Below are positions 1 through 12,605 of a DNA stretch of 64,000 nucleotides, piece by piece. The translations under genes were made by a program, and so were the position numbers. The stretch covers positions 1,550,001 through 1,614,000 of the forward strand of contig JASTWF010000031.1 in NCBI GenBank assembly GCA_030390025.1. The letters are read 5' to 3'. The DNA comes from Squalus acanthias. Taxonomy: Eukaryota. The notes beneath the pieces were generated by a model. That model did not search any database. It worked only from the letters and a program-made list of their open reading frames with translations, and was not told the origin of the DNA. How positions within the stretch are numbered: the stretch's first letter is position 1; the number at the start of each line of letters is the position of its first letter.

Positions 1-665
1 GTGTTTTTACATTGGAGATCTTAGTTATTTGTATTGACTAAATATTACCATTGCTATACATTCATCAACTATATTATTAACTCCTATTTTGGATACATGG
101 ATGTTTATTTAAACCCTATTGGGTAACGTGATGTGTATTTACCGTTGTAGTTGTTGATGTGTTATACCAGCAGACTACTTTTGTAAATATTTAATTAATT
201 CAAAGAAGTAGACTTTAAACACTTTGGAGTCAATAAGTTAGATAAATGGATTTTTGAGCTATCAAATGGTGTGCAGGGAGTCCAGCAAATTACGTTGAGC
301 TTGTGTCTGTGCAAAATTCAGCTGAGATTTTACAGTGCTTCAAATTGGAGATTTTCTTCCTTTTTTTGAGTGGATTGCCAGAGCAACTTTTTTCTTTAAA
401 AAAAAGTTGAAAGATTTTTGTATTGTGTTTATTACCTGCTGCTGCAACATATTGGTACATTTACTGCTGCTTAGAAATGTTTAATGTATATTTAGATGTC
501 TGTTTCATCCATTAGAGTATTGACAGTGTGATTATTAAGACTGCATTAGCATTAACAATGATGAATCTTTAAACGTATTTTGTTCAGTTCATTGAATATT
601 AACATATTCCTATTTCTTTGTGTGTAACCACCCAATATGTTGTTCACTGATATTTGTTTCCTCAG

Positions 666-907
666 GTGAAGAGGTGATAATAATTCAGGAGAAGTTGGAT
701 GGTATTAAGAGCCGTTATGCAGAAATTACTTCTTCCAGTTCCAGAGCACTGAAAACATTAGAGCAGGTTCTGCAACTTGCCACAAAATTCCAGGCCTTTA
801 ATGAAGAACTGTGTGGCTGGCTTGATTCTGTGGAGGCTGAGCTTGCTGCAAGCACTCCACAGTCACCAGTTGGAGAACAGATTCCACAGGTTCATGAGAG
901 ACAGAAG
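666..907 (+). CDS. MACF1: MACF1 exon (window exon 1), spectrin repeat: (G)EEVIIIQEKL...HERQK
   Basis: ctcag|GTGAA ... CAGAAG|gtaagc; phase 1 to 0; ORF 620..943. Confidence 0.93.
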
Positions 908-1071
908 GTAAGCAGAGCAGTCAGACATTCAGAATTGGTGTAAGTGAGCTCTCAGAGGAAGGAAAATGGGATAATATATCCACACTCTATTCTTGTAATC
1001 TGACGTGTTCAATTAAATACTGCAATCTGTTTTGCTTAACTGAATATTAAACTCATATGCTTAATATTCAG

Positions 1072-1278
1072 GAGTTAAAGAAGGAAGTGATGGAATACAG
1101 GCTGGTCCTGGACACGATTAATGAAGTGAGCAATGCATTACTGGAACTGGTGCCATGGCGAGCGCGAGAGGGTCTGGATCGACAGGTGGCAGAAGCCAAT
1201 GAGCGATACAAAACAGTCAGCGACACTGTCACACAGAAGGTCGAAGCAATAGATGCTGCCATTCAGAGGTCACAACAG
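1072..1278 (+). CDS. MACF1: MACF1 exon 2: [10 protein letters not shown]...IQRSQQ
   Basis: ttcag|GAG ... CAG|gtagat; 207 nt. Confidence 0.93.
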
Positions 1279-2344
1279 GTAGATTGTCTTAGAAACATAC
1301 ATAGAAATGTTTTTGCAACAGTTCTAGCCTGCAAAGTATGAGTATCCAGGTGTTCTAAATCCTAAGTAAGTGAAATTGTCCGACTGAATACTACAAACAC
1401 TGAGCGTGGAGACAAACCTGAACAGGGATTTTAAGCTAATATTTATCATAGCAATAATGCCTGAAGAGCAGGGTTGTCCAAATTAGAACCTGTATAGCCC
1501 ATGAACCTTGGAGGTCTGGCCCATGAAGTCCAGGCAACTCCTTTCCACTTGCTTTTGTATTTCTTACTCATTTGTCCTGTTAGAATTTTGTAGGTCTGTT
1601 CTTAGCGCTGTTGCATCATTGGTGGATAAATCCTACATCACAACACTAAAATTTGTTCGTATCAGCAACTTGATATATCTTGAAATTAATGGGAACACTA
1701 ATTTAAAATTTATATATGGCAGATGGGAAAAATGGTATGCACCTAAGTAGCCCACAAAGACGCGATACTTAAACACTTCTGTTGTAGCAGATGTGCATTA
1801 ATCAGTTTCAATGGCTAGACATTGGACAATCCAGACACTGGACAATGTCACTCCTATTAGGATCTTTACTGTAAACTTGTAAATTAAGTTAATTGTGCCC
1901 TAATCCCTAGAACACTGTTTTATAGAGTAGTGGGATGAAGATTCTTGCCGGAGGCTTCTACAAGTTGAGCTGCCAATCTCAGCTGTAATAATGTGGAAAG
2001 GCAGTAAGTGAGGCCAGGGGTTTCTCCATGGGAATAAAAGAAAGTCAAAAGGAGAGTACTCCTTTGTATCTAATGACTGATATCAGAGTGGCTTTGGCGA
2101 GGGCTTGGGAGCAGATTGCACCCTCCCTCAGCCAGAAATTAATTGCAACATAAAGAAATCCGAGGAAGAGGAGAAAATGGATTTAAAAACAGCTCTTTAC
2201 CTTTTAGTGTGTCAGTCAGTGCAAACAATAACCTGCCTAATGACGATCCTGTAAGCTATTAGTATTCTAACATGATCATGAACATCCAGAGTGAAAAATT
2301 GTGCCATGTGCTATGTGTCATGACATTATAAATGCATTCAAAAA

Positions 2345-2678
2345 GAATGTGTTTGACCCTGAGCTGACCTTCCGACCCCATATCCTCTCTATTACAAATA
2401 CTGCCGACTTCCATCTTTGCAATATCGCGCACTTCTACTCCGACCTCAATCCATCCATTGCTGAATCCCTTATTCAAGTCTTCTGGACTCAGTTACTTCA
2501 CTTCTCTCCTGGCCTGTCCTCCTTTTAAGACAGTTCTTACAACCCACATCTTTACCAAGATTTTTCACCCATCCTAATTTCTCCCTCTTTGGCTTGGTGT
2601 CTGTTTTCCTTGCACCTCTGTGAAGCGCCGTGGGACATTTTTCTATGTTAAACGCACTGCATAAGTGCAAGTTGTTGT
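2345..2678 (+). mobile_element. L2-type LINE 3' fragment
   Basis: FDPELTFRPHI..TADFHLCNI RT-tail peptide, then 3' end tgtgaagcgccgtgggacatt...tgcaagttgttg. Confidence 0.7.
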
Positions 2679-3897
2679 GATGTCACTATCCATAGCAACC
2701 AGAGACTACTTCCCCACACCCTAAGAAAAGTAACTACAGAACAGCTTGTTTATCCACATGATTGTTTTAAAGTTGTCATTTTTTTTGTGTGTGGATGTGC
2801 ATCAACTTTCTGGAAATATATGACGGTGTGGGTTCTGTAACCATTGCAGTAACACTATGGGGATAAACTGGATGTGTGTGTGATGCATGGTGCAAAGATT
2901 CATTGCATTGCAGTTTCCTTGCTCAAAAGTACATCTAAGTGTTCGGGGAGAGTTCCTACTTTACAGCGGTTTGCAGAATTTCAAGAATGGTACAACCCAA
3001 CAAGATGGCCCAAATGACAGTGTCACGTTTTCATGAGTTGGAGGATCTCCAGAACCTGACCAATGCGTCCTACTAAAAAAAAAATCCCATATTACAGTTT
3101 AACTCCACCTGATTTAGTGTTTCCTCTACTGTCACAGTCGTCCAATAGATGGTATAATGAGATGGAATGATTTTGAAAATTACATCAAATATATTATTTC
3201 CATCTGAATGAGCATTACAGTTGAAAGCAGTAACTTAATTATTTGTAAAGATATTAGTTTAGTTTTTTCCAACCATAATGCTGATGGTAACCTATTTAAA
3301 ATGATTAAGTTATCATCAGCATTATGATCAGAAAATCTAGGCCACTGTCTGTTTTCATATTGGGAAAGCAGGTGCCAATTGGTGGTTGTCAAACCCACTA
3401 TGACTTAAATCCAGTGGATTGATTCAAACTATCTTTGCAGTACAGTATTTGTGAAAGAAAAGCTTAAACACTATTTAACTATTATGTCTGTGGCAGATAT
3501 TGTCAGCTTTATGTTGGGAGGAGTTAGTAACATGAAATTCAAAGGATGATGAGGTGGATTTTACCAAATGTGGTTTTGTTCAATACTTTAAGTCCTGTAC
3601 ATATTTGCACATTTGAGCATGTTTCAAAACAGTCATTCGTAAGTATCAGACATCAGTCATATGTGGCCTAATATTTGTAAACCACCACTGATTTATATAT
3701 ACTCTGTTTACACTGCGTGAATGTATGATTTATATAAATCAGGTGTTTTATGTGATCCTAACTCACTGGTCATAAACCAGCACTTGGCACACTTCACTAC
3801 TCAAATAAATAACTGTTTGCCTATAACTTAGTTGCTGTAAAGTGGGCTTCACCATATTTATTTGTTAGCGGCTCTTTATTGTTGTTGTATTGTTTAA

Positions 3898-4107
3898 CCC
3901 TTTAAGGACTGTGATTTTTTTTTGCATCTCAAAAAAAATGTTTTTAATATAATTAGCATGCGAAGGTATTGATAATTCTTTCCAGTTTTTCCTCCTGTTT
4001 TCAAGTGCAATTTTGCACATGACTAGTAATCTACAGATTAGGTTTGTTAAATATAAATGGGAAACATGGCGTGCAGGATGCTATTAAAAAATTCAGCACT
4101 CAAAGGG
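3898..4107. mobile_element. piggyBac-like MITE (210 bp)
   Basis: TTAA|CCCTTTAAGGACTG ... CAGCACTCAAAGGG|TTAA; TTAA on both sides and 11/14 TIR match. Confidence 0.65.
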
Positions 4108-4345
4108 TTAAACCTGGCTATGGTTTTCGTGTTGTCATCTTTTCATGAGCTTTTTGATTTTTCAATTGCAAACTTTCTCCCCTATTAAACTTCATGTTTT
4201 CCACCTGAAGAACCCCATCAAATAAACTTCAGTCCTTGCACTCTCCTCTGTATGTTTGAAAATGTTTACAGGATTGAAATAAAAACATTTTTAAGCTGTT
4301 GCAGAATGTAATATGGATTCCAAAATGTGCCTAATTTTTGCAGTG

Positions 4346-4471
4346 CTTTAATGGTAAATTTGCCATGCAATGTCCCTCATGGAGGGTAACGCCACTTGCT
4401 ACATCTTTAATGGTGAATTTGCCATGCAGTGTCCCTCATGGAGGGTAACGCCACTTGCTACATCTTTAATG
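4346..4471. repeat. 59-bp tandem duplication
   Basis: ctttaatggt(a/g)aatttgccatgca(a/g)tgtccctcatggagggtaacgccacttgctacat occurs twice with 2 mismatches. Confidence 0.9.
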
Positions 4472-5444
4472 CTACCAGTGGAGCAGATCTTTTGTGCTGT
4501 AGCAAGGGTAGGGGTTATTTGGCAACTATTAAAATCCATTCTAATTACTCTCAAATATCTGATGCAATCTCCCTGCAATTTTTGGCATCATGCAAAAAAA
4601 AATGTTAAATAACCCTTACCCTGCATTACTTTTAATTGTCACTGTTTGAGTTTGCAATATCAAATGTACCCTGAAAAAGGTTTTAACCCTCTCCTATTCA
4701 ACATGGATGAACATGGGCCAGTGTGGACAGCTGACAAAGGGAAACCACTTCCCTTCCCAATTCTTGTTTTCTCAATTGGATTCACAAGAAAGTACATTTA
4801 CGCGTGACGCTATTGTACGCTCATATGTAGATCAGGACTTTAGATGTGAGCAGGCTATTTAGTGTAAATTATGAGCATAGCACTAGAAGGCATGATTACT
4901 TCAAGGAAGCTTCAAGTTCAGTCAGACTAGAGATCTGAAGTTATTATTCTCAGAGTAGTACTTATGGGGAACAGCTTCTCCACAAAAGCACTTAATGTTG
5001 TCAGTTAACGCCCTAAAAGAGTAGGTTGAATAAATGTTGAGTTGGTATAAGGATAAGTCTGGATAAGAATGATCAAAACATTTTTCATATACAGCGTATC
5101 TTGAACTGCTGAGACCTATAATGTAATGCAGTTGAACGCAGAGATGGATAGCTAATACAGTTGGTTGGATAAATATTGTACAGTTTCACTTAATTATTTT
5201 GAGAGGGATTGGGAGAAAATTTATTGAAGCTTCCCTCATGATAAGTACTTGATAGAGACCATGTTGCATATGGTGTGTGGAGTGAACTGGCTCAATGCGC
5301 CAAATGGTCTTTTCTCATCATATGCTTTAAGTTGGTTCCTGAAGTGTAGATTTACACTAGTTAACAAGTAATGAGTTGTTTACTGAACCTCATATGGATA
5401 AATGGGTGGCCTTTAATAAACTAAAGCATAAAACCCTCTTAGTG

Positions 5445-5740
5445 AACTCTTGATCTTATCCAGAACAATACTTGGGATGAGAAACTGTAATTATGAGGAG
5501 AGACTTTAAACATTGGGACTATTTCCACTGGAGCCGAAAAGGCAAAGACAGGACTTAATAAAGGTGTTTTAAATTGTGAATGGTTTTGATAGGGTGAATA
5601 AGGAAAGACTATTTCCTCTGGTCACCAATGTAAAAAAAATCCTCACTGGGATTGAGGAGAGAAGGTAGAATAAATGTCTTTACGCAGATTGTTTTTAGGG
5701 CACGGAATGCTTTGCATCATGGAGTAGTTGAGGCAGAGAA
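5445..5740 (+). mobile_element. Degraded CR1 LINE 3' fragment
   Basis: ttatgaggagagact...ttgggactatttccactggag...ggttttgatagggtgaataagga; similar to other CR1 copies in the window. Confidence 0.6.
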
Positions 5741-6490
5741 CAAAAATCTAAAAAAAATAATAATTACTGTTCACACTGCTGCGTGCTGAATGAGCTCAGT
5801 ATATTCTGAGACCCAGGAAAATCTTGTTTAAAAAGCTGCTATATAGGAGACGGTTAAATTCTTGGACAATTTTGTAGTGTTGCTGAATATTGCCTCTATC
5901 CTGTCCCACTTGCCTTCACTGGAAATCAAAATCACACCTTTTTGGTGATGTCAAAAGTTAATACAGTAAAACAGCATTCAAATGTGTTTTATTAAACAGG
6001 TTTTGAGTGCCAATAAATATATTCTTCTGGTCTGCAATTCAAAACAGTTGGTGTCAGTATGCACAAGACAGTGATTTTTGATTTTTCACATTTCATTTTT
6101 GTTAAATTAGTTCATTTACATTTTTTTCTAAATCAATAAATTAAAAACACATCAATTGGTAAATTTAATGAACCTGCCCTGCATCTAGTAAAAATATTGA
6201 ACAAATTCTAACAGTATATTACTGTGTATTACAACTGCACTGAACATGTCCATAATTTATCACAGTGTTGCTATGGACTTTTGTACTGTTCGAAAAAGTT
6301 GTGAAACTACCATAAGCAATGATTATTACATTGTTTAATTGAGGGTCAGTGTGACTTTACTCACTGATTTTTCTGGCACTACCTGTGTTCCGATTGCAGC
6401 TCTGCATCGTTTCTGTCTATGTGTTCGTGTGTACAGCTGTGTGTCTGCTTTGTTTCCTTAATGTTCCGTGCTGCTTCTCCTTTCTGCTAG

Positions 6491-6610
6491 TATGAGCAGG
6501 CCGCTGACTCCGAGCTTACCTGGGTGGCAGAAACCATGCGAAAGTTGACAGCCTTGGGTCCAATAAGGCTGGAACAAGATCAGACAACAGCTCAACTACA
6601 GGTGCAGAAG
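6491..6610 (+). CDS. MACF1: MACF1 exon 3: [11 protein letters not shown]...QLQVQK
   Basis: ctag|TAT ... AAG|gtagga; 120 nt; absent from the ORF track. Confidence 0.92.
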
Positions 6611-7939
6611 GTAGGAATAATGTGTGTGATGTGGTGCAGCACTCGTATCTGATATAATCCACTTATACGGGTATCCTTGAAACAAATATTGCACTTTATT
6701 ACACACAAAGCATTTGTCCCAAACTATCTCTGCATTTCACAATGTAGTTTTATTCGCTGCATGTCCTATAAATAACCTTTTGAAAAGGAGCTTTTATTAT
6801 GTTGTTCACTTTCTTGCCTCTTAATTACTGTTTTTACTCAACTATTTTTTCCCTTCAGTCAAAAGTCAACTCTTGAGGGGAAAAAAAGGTCATGGCAACT
6901 ATAGGCAATCACAGAGTGTCTTGACCAAGACAAAAAGAAACAACCAGGAAACATTAATAGTAATTATAAAGAAAAAGAGAATTACGTAATGTAACATCTC
7001 TGCTAATGCAGTTTAATTCCTTCCATTTCATTCACAGCTCCCAGATAGTAGTTGTTCCTCTTTCCTTCCACATTTTTAAGATTCAGCTCAGCGCAAAACG
7101 AATGTGAGAGGGGGAAAAAAAGGAACTGATGGTCGGAGATTGTCTCCCATTTCAGTTTAGTCTGAATTCTGTAATGGATAGTGAGGCTACTTTTCATTAA
7201 TGAGCCTCAGTGCCTGTTTCAATGGTAGATTAATAAATCAGGATTAAACCTAAAATCAGATTCTGCGGCTAGAATTGAAGTTGTCATAATCAGGTGCATT
7301 CACTATTTGAGGATATGTTTGTGGCAGACTATGGACAATTTATCTTTTCCCTTTATCCCTCCATAGTGTGCCAATGTGTATTAGTAGTGTACACAGGGCA
7401 CTTCATGTTATGGAGAAGGGGGTATTGACTGCTGATCTTTTACCCTTTGGCTATGGTCAAACTGAGTTCATCAAAATCTTATGTATGTGCAATGGCTGTT
7501 TGATATTTTTTTACAACAGTCAAATCCAGCTTGGATACTTATGTTCCCATCTCAATAGCTCTTATGTAAAGGACTGAAGTCTGAAATTTATTTTCAATAT
7601 ATAGCCATTTGCAAACTATAATAACAGGAGGATGGCAGTTTACCTCCTGTTTGACCAAAGTAGGCAGCAACGAATGCTGCAATTCACATTTGCATGGCAC
7701 GTTACAATTTTCTGGCCGTCCTAAACTTTTGATTTATTTTTATGAATGTAACTAGGGTCCAATCATCCATGACTTTGTATCCATCAAGTTAACATAACAA
7801 AATAAAAATTAGTGATCTGAGCTATCTCGAAGATGGGGGACTATATGCGATTATAGACCATATAAAATATTTGGCACTGGAGAGCTTGTAGCAGAGTTAC
7901 TTATTCCACGTTTTAAGTATTTTTCTCTGATACCTTTAG

Positions 7940-8047
7940 GCCTTTTCAATAGACATCATACGGCACAAGGATTCTATAGATGAGTTGATAAACACCCAAG
8001 AAGAAATCCTGAGTACCTGCGGAGATGAGCAGAAGACTATGTTGCAG
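7940..8047 (+). CDS. MACF1: MACF1 exon 4: AFSIDIIRHK...KTMLQ
   Basis: tttag|GCC ... CAG|gtatta; 108 nt. Confidence 0.92.
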
Positions 8048-8434
8048 GTATTATTTCTGTACTTCTGAAGATGGCCTGCCACAACTGTAGAATGGATGTT
8101 TGTTTACAAATTATGCCTAAAAGCTTACTAGGCTTTCTCAGAAAACGAAATTGTGAATTTATATATTTATTTTTCTTCTATAAAATTTTACATTACTTAC
8201 AGACCAAAACCATTTGTGAGAAATTTCTTGATAAACCACGTAAATTTGTCAATCAAGGCCTCTGATGTTGGAAAATAGGTTCTGTCATAGTGCTGATGTG
8301 TTATAACTTATCAGTAACAAACTATTTACCACCTATCTAATAATGTTTAATCTAATTTTTTTTATAATAATGGAGCTTAATGACTGTATGCCAGAGTCTA
8401 AATTATGTACATCTATACACACACATCCACATAG

Positions 8435-8653
8435 GCAAAGATGGACTTGTTGCAGCAGCAGTATGAGACAGTCAGTCAGATGAACACTGAAAGATACTCC
8501 CAATTGGAGCGGGCTCAGGTCCTGATTAACCAGTTCTGGGAAACATACGATGAGCTGTGCCCGTGGCTTGATGAGACCAGAACTCTGATATCGCAGCTCC
8601 CACCACCAGCCGTTGACCATGAGATCCTGAAACTACAACAGGAAGAAATGCGG
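8435..8653 (+). CDS. MACF1: MACF1 exon 5: AKMDLLQQQY...QEEMR
   Basis: catag|GCA ... CGG|gtaagg; 219 nt. Confidence 0.92.
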
Positions 8654-9238
8654 GTAAGGATAAAAGGACAATGTAGGTTGGTCTGTTCACTTAAAGACTA
8701 TTGTGTATGCATGCCTCTGATATACTTCAGGTGACCAGATTCTCCATTGGCACCAGTAGGCCATGTGGGATTGAAAAAAAACAACAGGAGATGAGGGGGA
8801 CACAGTGTATGTTGTCTGTGTGTATCTACTGTGTATGCTATTCCCATTTGCCAATAAAGGGGAGAGGAGGGAATAGTGTTTCAGAACAGACATAAACATT
8901 CTGGTTGTGAAAGTGGAATTGCAGGTTCATTAATCAGGTTTGTGTTATGCAAAATATGTGGAATAATATTTGTATAAAACAACATAAAAATGGAAATTCA
9001 GTGCTCCCAGTAGGAATCCATGCTTGAAGACATTGCAGGTCAGCGAATCAGAGCTGCGGTATTATAGCCCTGTTCTGACCCAAACTCCCTTTGAGTGTGG
9101 CTCCCTGCTGGGTGCATAGGAGTGCTGAACTTGCCCTTTAGTCGTTTTGCTTCATATTATGCAAAAGGTGTAATCTTAGACCAGAATGTATTTAGACCTT
9201 CTTCCACACTTTGAGATCTGTGTTTTTTTTTATAACAG

Positions 9239-9442
9239 CAACTTCGTGAATCAATCTCTGAACACAAGCCTCATATCGATAAACTGATGAAGATTGGCCC
9301 TCAGTTGATGGCATTGAATCCTGATGAGGGCAAAATGGTTCATGAGAAATATACCACTGCTGAAGCACTTTATACTAAAATAAAACAGGATGCAAGACAG
9401 CGGGCTTTGGCGTTGGATGAAGCAATTTCACAGTCTGCTCAG
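9239..9442 (+). CDS. MACF1: MACF1 exon 6: [10 protein letters not shown]...ISQSAQ
   Basis: aacag|CAA ... CAG|gtagga; 204 nt. Confidence 0.93.
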
Positions 9443-9816
9443 GTAGGATCCTGGCTGTGTAGATTTGCATGGGGATCTTCTGATGGCTGTTTTATTTGTT
9501 TATTAAAAAAAGAATCTCCTTACTTTTTGTTCTTTTAGTTCCCCACTGCTGTCACTTCATAGTATAATTTCTGCTTCGGCTGAGTGCTGGCTAGTTTGGA
9601 CCACAGGCATCTCCTTGGCCAAGATCAATGCTGCTCTTTGAGAGTGAGAAGTGCACTCTACTGCTAGAGCTATTGCACCTATGTGGTTGATTTTAGAACC
9701 ATCAGAGACAGTAATAAAGTAAGATGGGGCGGATGAGTAGTGAATGACCAACTGACCAGCCAGAAGATGATTTTTTGATGAGAGTGCTTGAAGTATTTCA
9801 AGTTAGCAACCATATA

Positions 9817-10216
9817 CAGGAAACTTTTGTTTATCCGGCACCCAAATATCCGGAATTCTTGCTTAACCGGCAAAAATCATCCTCCGAAAACTCCTCTCAA
9901 ATAACCGACAATGTTGCCGAGTCGCAGTCGAGTCTCCGCGAACGCCGAGTACTCCGAAAACTCCTCTCAAATAACCGGCAATGTTGCCGATCCCGAGTCC
10001 GAGTCCGCGAACGCCGATTTAGTCAGTAGGGGTAGTTTTCAAAAGTGCCACTACTCGGCCTCCTGGCGCTGTCGGAAGTATACTGCACATTTCTTGATTT
10101 ATTTATTTTTCTTTGTTAAAAATAGCCTCGATAGATATAACTCTCCGTTATCCGGTACTTTCGATAAACCGGCACCACGCCGGTCCCGTCGGTGCCGGTT
10201 AATAAAGAGTTTCCTG
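9817..10216. mobile_element. Tc1/mariner (pogo/Tigger-like) MITE, 400 bp
   Basis: TA|CAGGAAACTTTTGTTTATCCGGCAC ... GTGCCGGTTAATAAAGAGTTTCCTG|TA; internal ~70-bp tandem duplication at 9882-10018. Confidence 0.8.
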
Positions 10217-10744
10217 TATGTGAAGAACTCCCCTTCTTTCGCAAGCCACATGGTACTTTACCATACTGTAATGAAATGACTAAGAATGGGATTGGGTTGT
10301 CCATTTTCTCCTTTGGGTGGGTACACCTCTTTATATAATGGCTATTGATACACGCTTACTGGCTAAGTCCATTCATCAGTAGTGTTGATGATAAAGTTAA
10401 TCCATAGTTCTGTTTGACATGGTGTTCTAGCCAGGAATTAGTAGCAATGGAAGCAAATAGGGGGAAGGAGCCAGTACAGCAGAATGAAAAGAATATTATG
10501 ACACACATACTTCTTTCCAGTTTTACAAAAACACCACGACGTAACGCAGGTCATGTTTGTAAAGTGTATCCCTTCCATGTTTGTCTTGTTCGGTGCATTC
10601 CCTTGTGTTAACCCATCACAGTTTTCTCATACTAACCTGTCATTTGTTTTCCATTCCGCTCACCTCGTGGAATTAAATGTTTATTTGCCGACATCTCCTG
10701 CTACGTTGTGTTTAATTGTTGTGTTCATCACATCCGTTCATTAG

Positions 10745-10753
10745 AATGCTGAG
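10745..10753 (+). CDS. MACF1: 9-nt alternative microexon encoding NAE
   Basis: cattag|AATGCTGAG|gtaagc; phase 0-0; at the position of the optional ITE tripeptide (SQSTQ-ITE-FHDK) I recall in human MACF1. Confidence 0.8.
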
Positions 10754-11129
10754 GTAAGCAGAGCTCCTTGGACACTCGATGCTGCCACGCTTTAGGGTTG
10801 CTTTTCTGTTTTATTTTCTGTGTGGGTGTGTCTGTCGCTAAAGTTGGTTGCCAGATAACGTTGACAGAGGTAAAGAACAACCCCTGCACAATTTATATTT
10901 ATGGGTACTCTGAAAGGTCACTTATTATTTAACGGATAGTGGGTTCGACTTTGCTAAATTTTACCAGATAAAATGGGTTGCTCTGACCGTGGTAAATTGA
11001 CCTATTTCTTCTGAAGCACTGTACTCGAGAGCAGGCATTCTCATTAAAATGAATTTCTAGTATTTTTAATATTCAGTGAATTTTTATGTAATTATTGAGA
11101 TTTTTTTCTGTTTGATTCTAATGCACTGT

Positions 11130-11455
11130 CCAGATTAGGTTGAAATGCCTCTCTCTTAACTGCCCTAATGATAGGCTTGAGTCCAACCTCAAAAAAGCAC
11201 TCTCTACTGAACCAGTATAACCATTCCATTTCCACTTCTCACACGATAGCCTGTCTGAGTGTGATTGTCCAATTAGTGCTGAATTATGGGCACCTGTCCA
11301 CTTATAACATGGTTGAGATCTCCTCAAATTGATTTAAGTTAAGACCTCCACAGCCATATGAGAAAGTAGAGTTTCCTCCCAACCATCTGGGCTTGATTTG
11401 AACCCAGATCTCTGGGTGAAAGAAAAGTTTTCAAGACTACTATGTTACCGAGTCA
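11130..11455 (-). mobile_element. Ancient tRNA-derived SINE, LF-SINE-like
   Basis: Minus strand reads ctttcacccagagatctgggttcaaatcaagcccag (box B) ... ggacaggtgccca ... gcactaattgg, motifs shared with the LF-SINE consensus as recalled. Confidence 0.45.
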
Positions 11456-11843
11456 TTACAAACCCAGCCTACATTCTGATGCATGACGTAATGGAGCTAT
11501 AATGTTCAAAATTTTATATGTATATATAAATCGTTCATGGCGCCCTTATTGTTTGTGACATTGATGATGCCATAAGTCGAGTCCCAGCTATATTGTTTGC
11601 TTGTTCTGCTGCTCTTGTGATTGCAATCTGTGGAATAGGTCATTTAAATTGATGGGCATCATTTAAGGTGTAATTCAGCATTTTTAACCTTTGGGATGTT
11701 TGGTTTTAAGTAAAATATCCATAATTTGTCACATATTTCAAAAAGATTGGCTTCATCTAGGGGATTTCTTTAACTACTATTGTGACTAGTCAATCAAATA
11801 CATTTGTTTTCATCTCCATGTGAGATAAGTGAGTAAAAACATT

Positions 11844-12605
11844 GGGCCGGAATTTGCGGTCAGAGGTGTACCTCCAGAGTTCGCCTCCGACCCAATTTAA
11901 AAAAAAATAAAAAAATCCGCACCTACCTTCAGGCTCCCGGGCTTCGGAGACTTTGGGACCTGTGTCTGCAGGCGTATGCCTCCGTAAAGGCCCACAGATC
12001 CCAGGGACGCAGCGGTTCGGAAGCGTCCCTGGGATCACGTGGGCCAGGTCTTCCAATCAGAAAGGAGGATTCCTCATATGCTTATGGGGATTCCATTTAC
12101 GAACGGGATCCCCATAAACATATGAGGATCCCCAAATAATTAAATAATTTATACAACTGGAATAAAAATAAATGTTCTCATTTTCCAATTTAAATAAAAG
12201 TTCCTTTAATGAAGCATTTACAATAAAATATTTAATTTTTGAAAAATAATTTTAAGCATTTTAATCCAGGTCAAAATTTACATGCACAAACATTTAAAAT
12301 TAGTTTATGATTTTTTTATTTTTTTATTTAATTTATATTACCCCTTACGCTGGTGAAAGCAGGCCCTATGCCTGCTTTTACCAGGTGTAAGGGTTTCATG
12401 GGCATTTGCTGGGCAGTAGTTGGGCAAATAGCTCAACTCTGTACCAGCGAAAGTGATTTTTGAGGCCATGCAGTAAATCTGTCGAGGCAAACCATGACAG
12501 ATCGCAAGTTCCAGGTTTTCGCGCATGCAGAAACCCGGAACTTACGGGGCCTTTTACAAGGCTGACGACAGCGTATGCCATCATCGGCACCGCAAACTCA
12601 GGGCC
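11844..12605. mobile_element. PIF/Harbinger-like MITE
   Basis: ATT|GGGCCGGAATTTGCGGT ... ACCGCAAACTCAGGGCC|ATT; 14/17 TIR match, 3-bp TSD, GC-rich arms around an AT-rich core. Confidence 0.75.

Noticed and set aside
1068-1262. Antisense ORFs over exons (also 14822-15034, 21321-21617, 35533-35751)
   Set aside because: Shadow ORFs of MACF1 coding exons
1469-1780. hAT-like element beginning CAGGGTTGTCCAA
   Set aside because: The right TIR and an 8-bp TSD are too degenerate to support
2859-3106. Old MITE with GGGGATAAACTG / CAGTTTAACTCC ends
   Set aside because: 10/12 match but no TSD; could be chance
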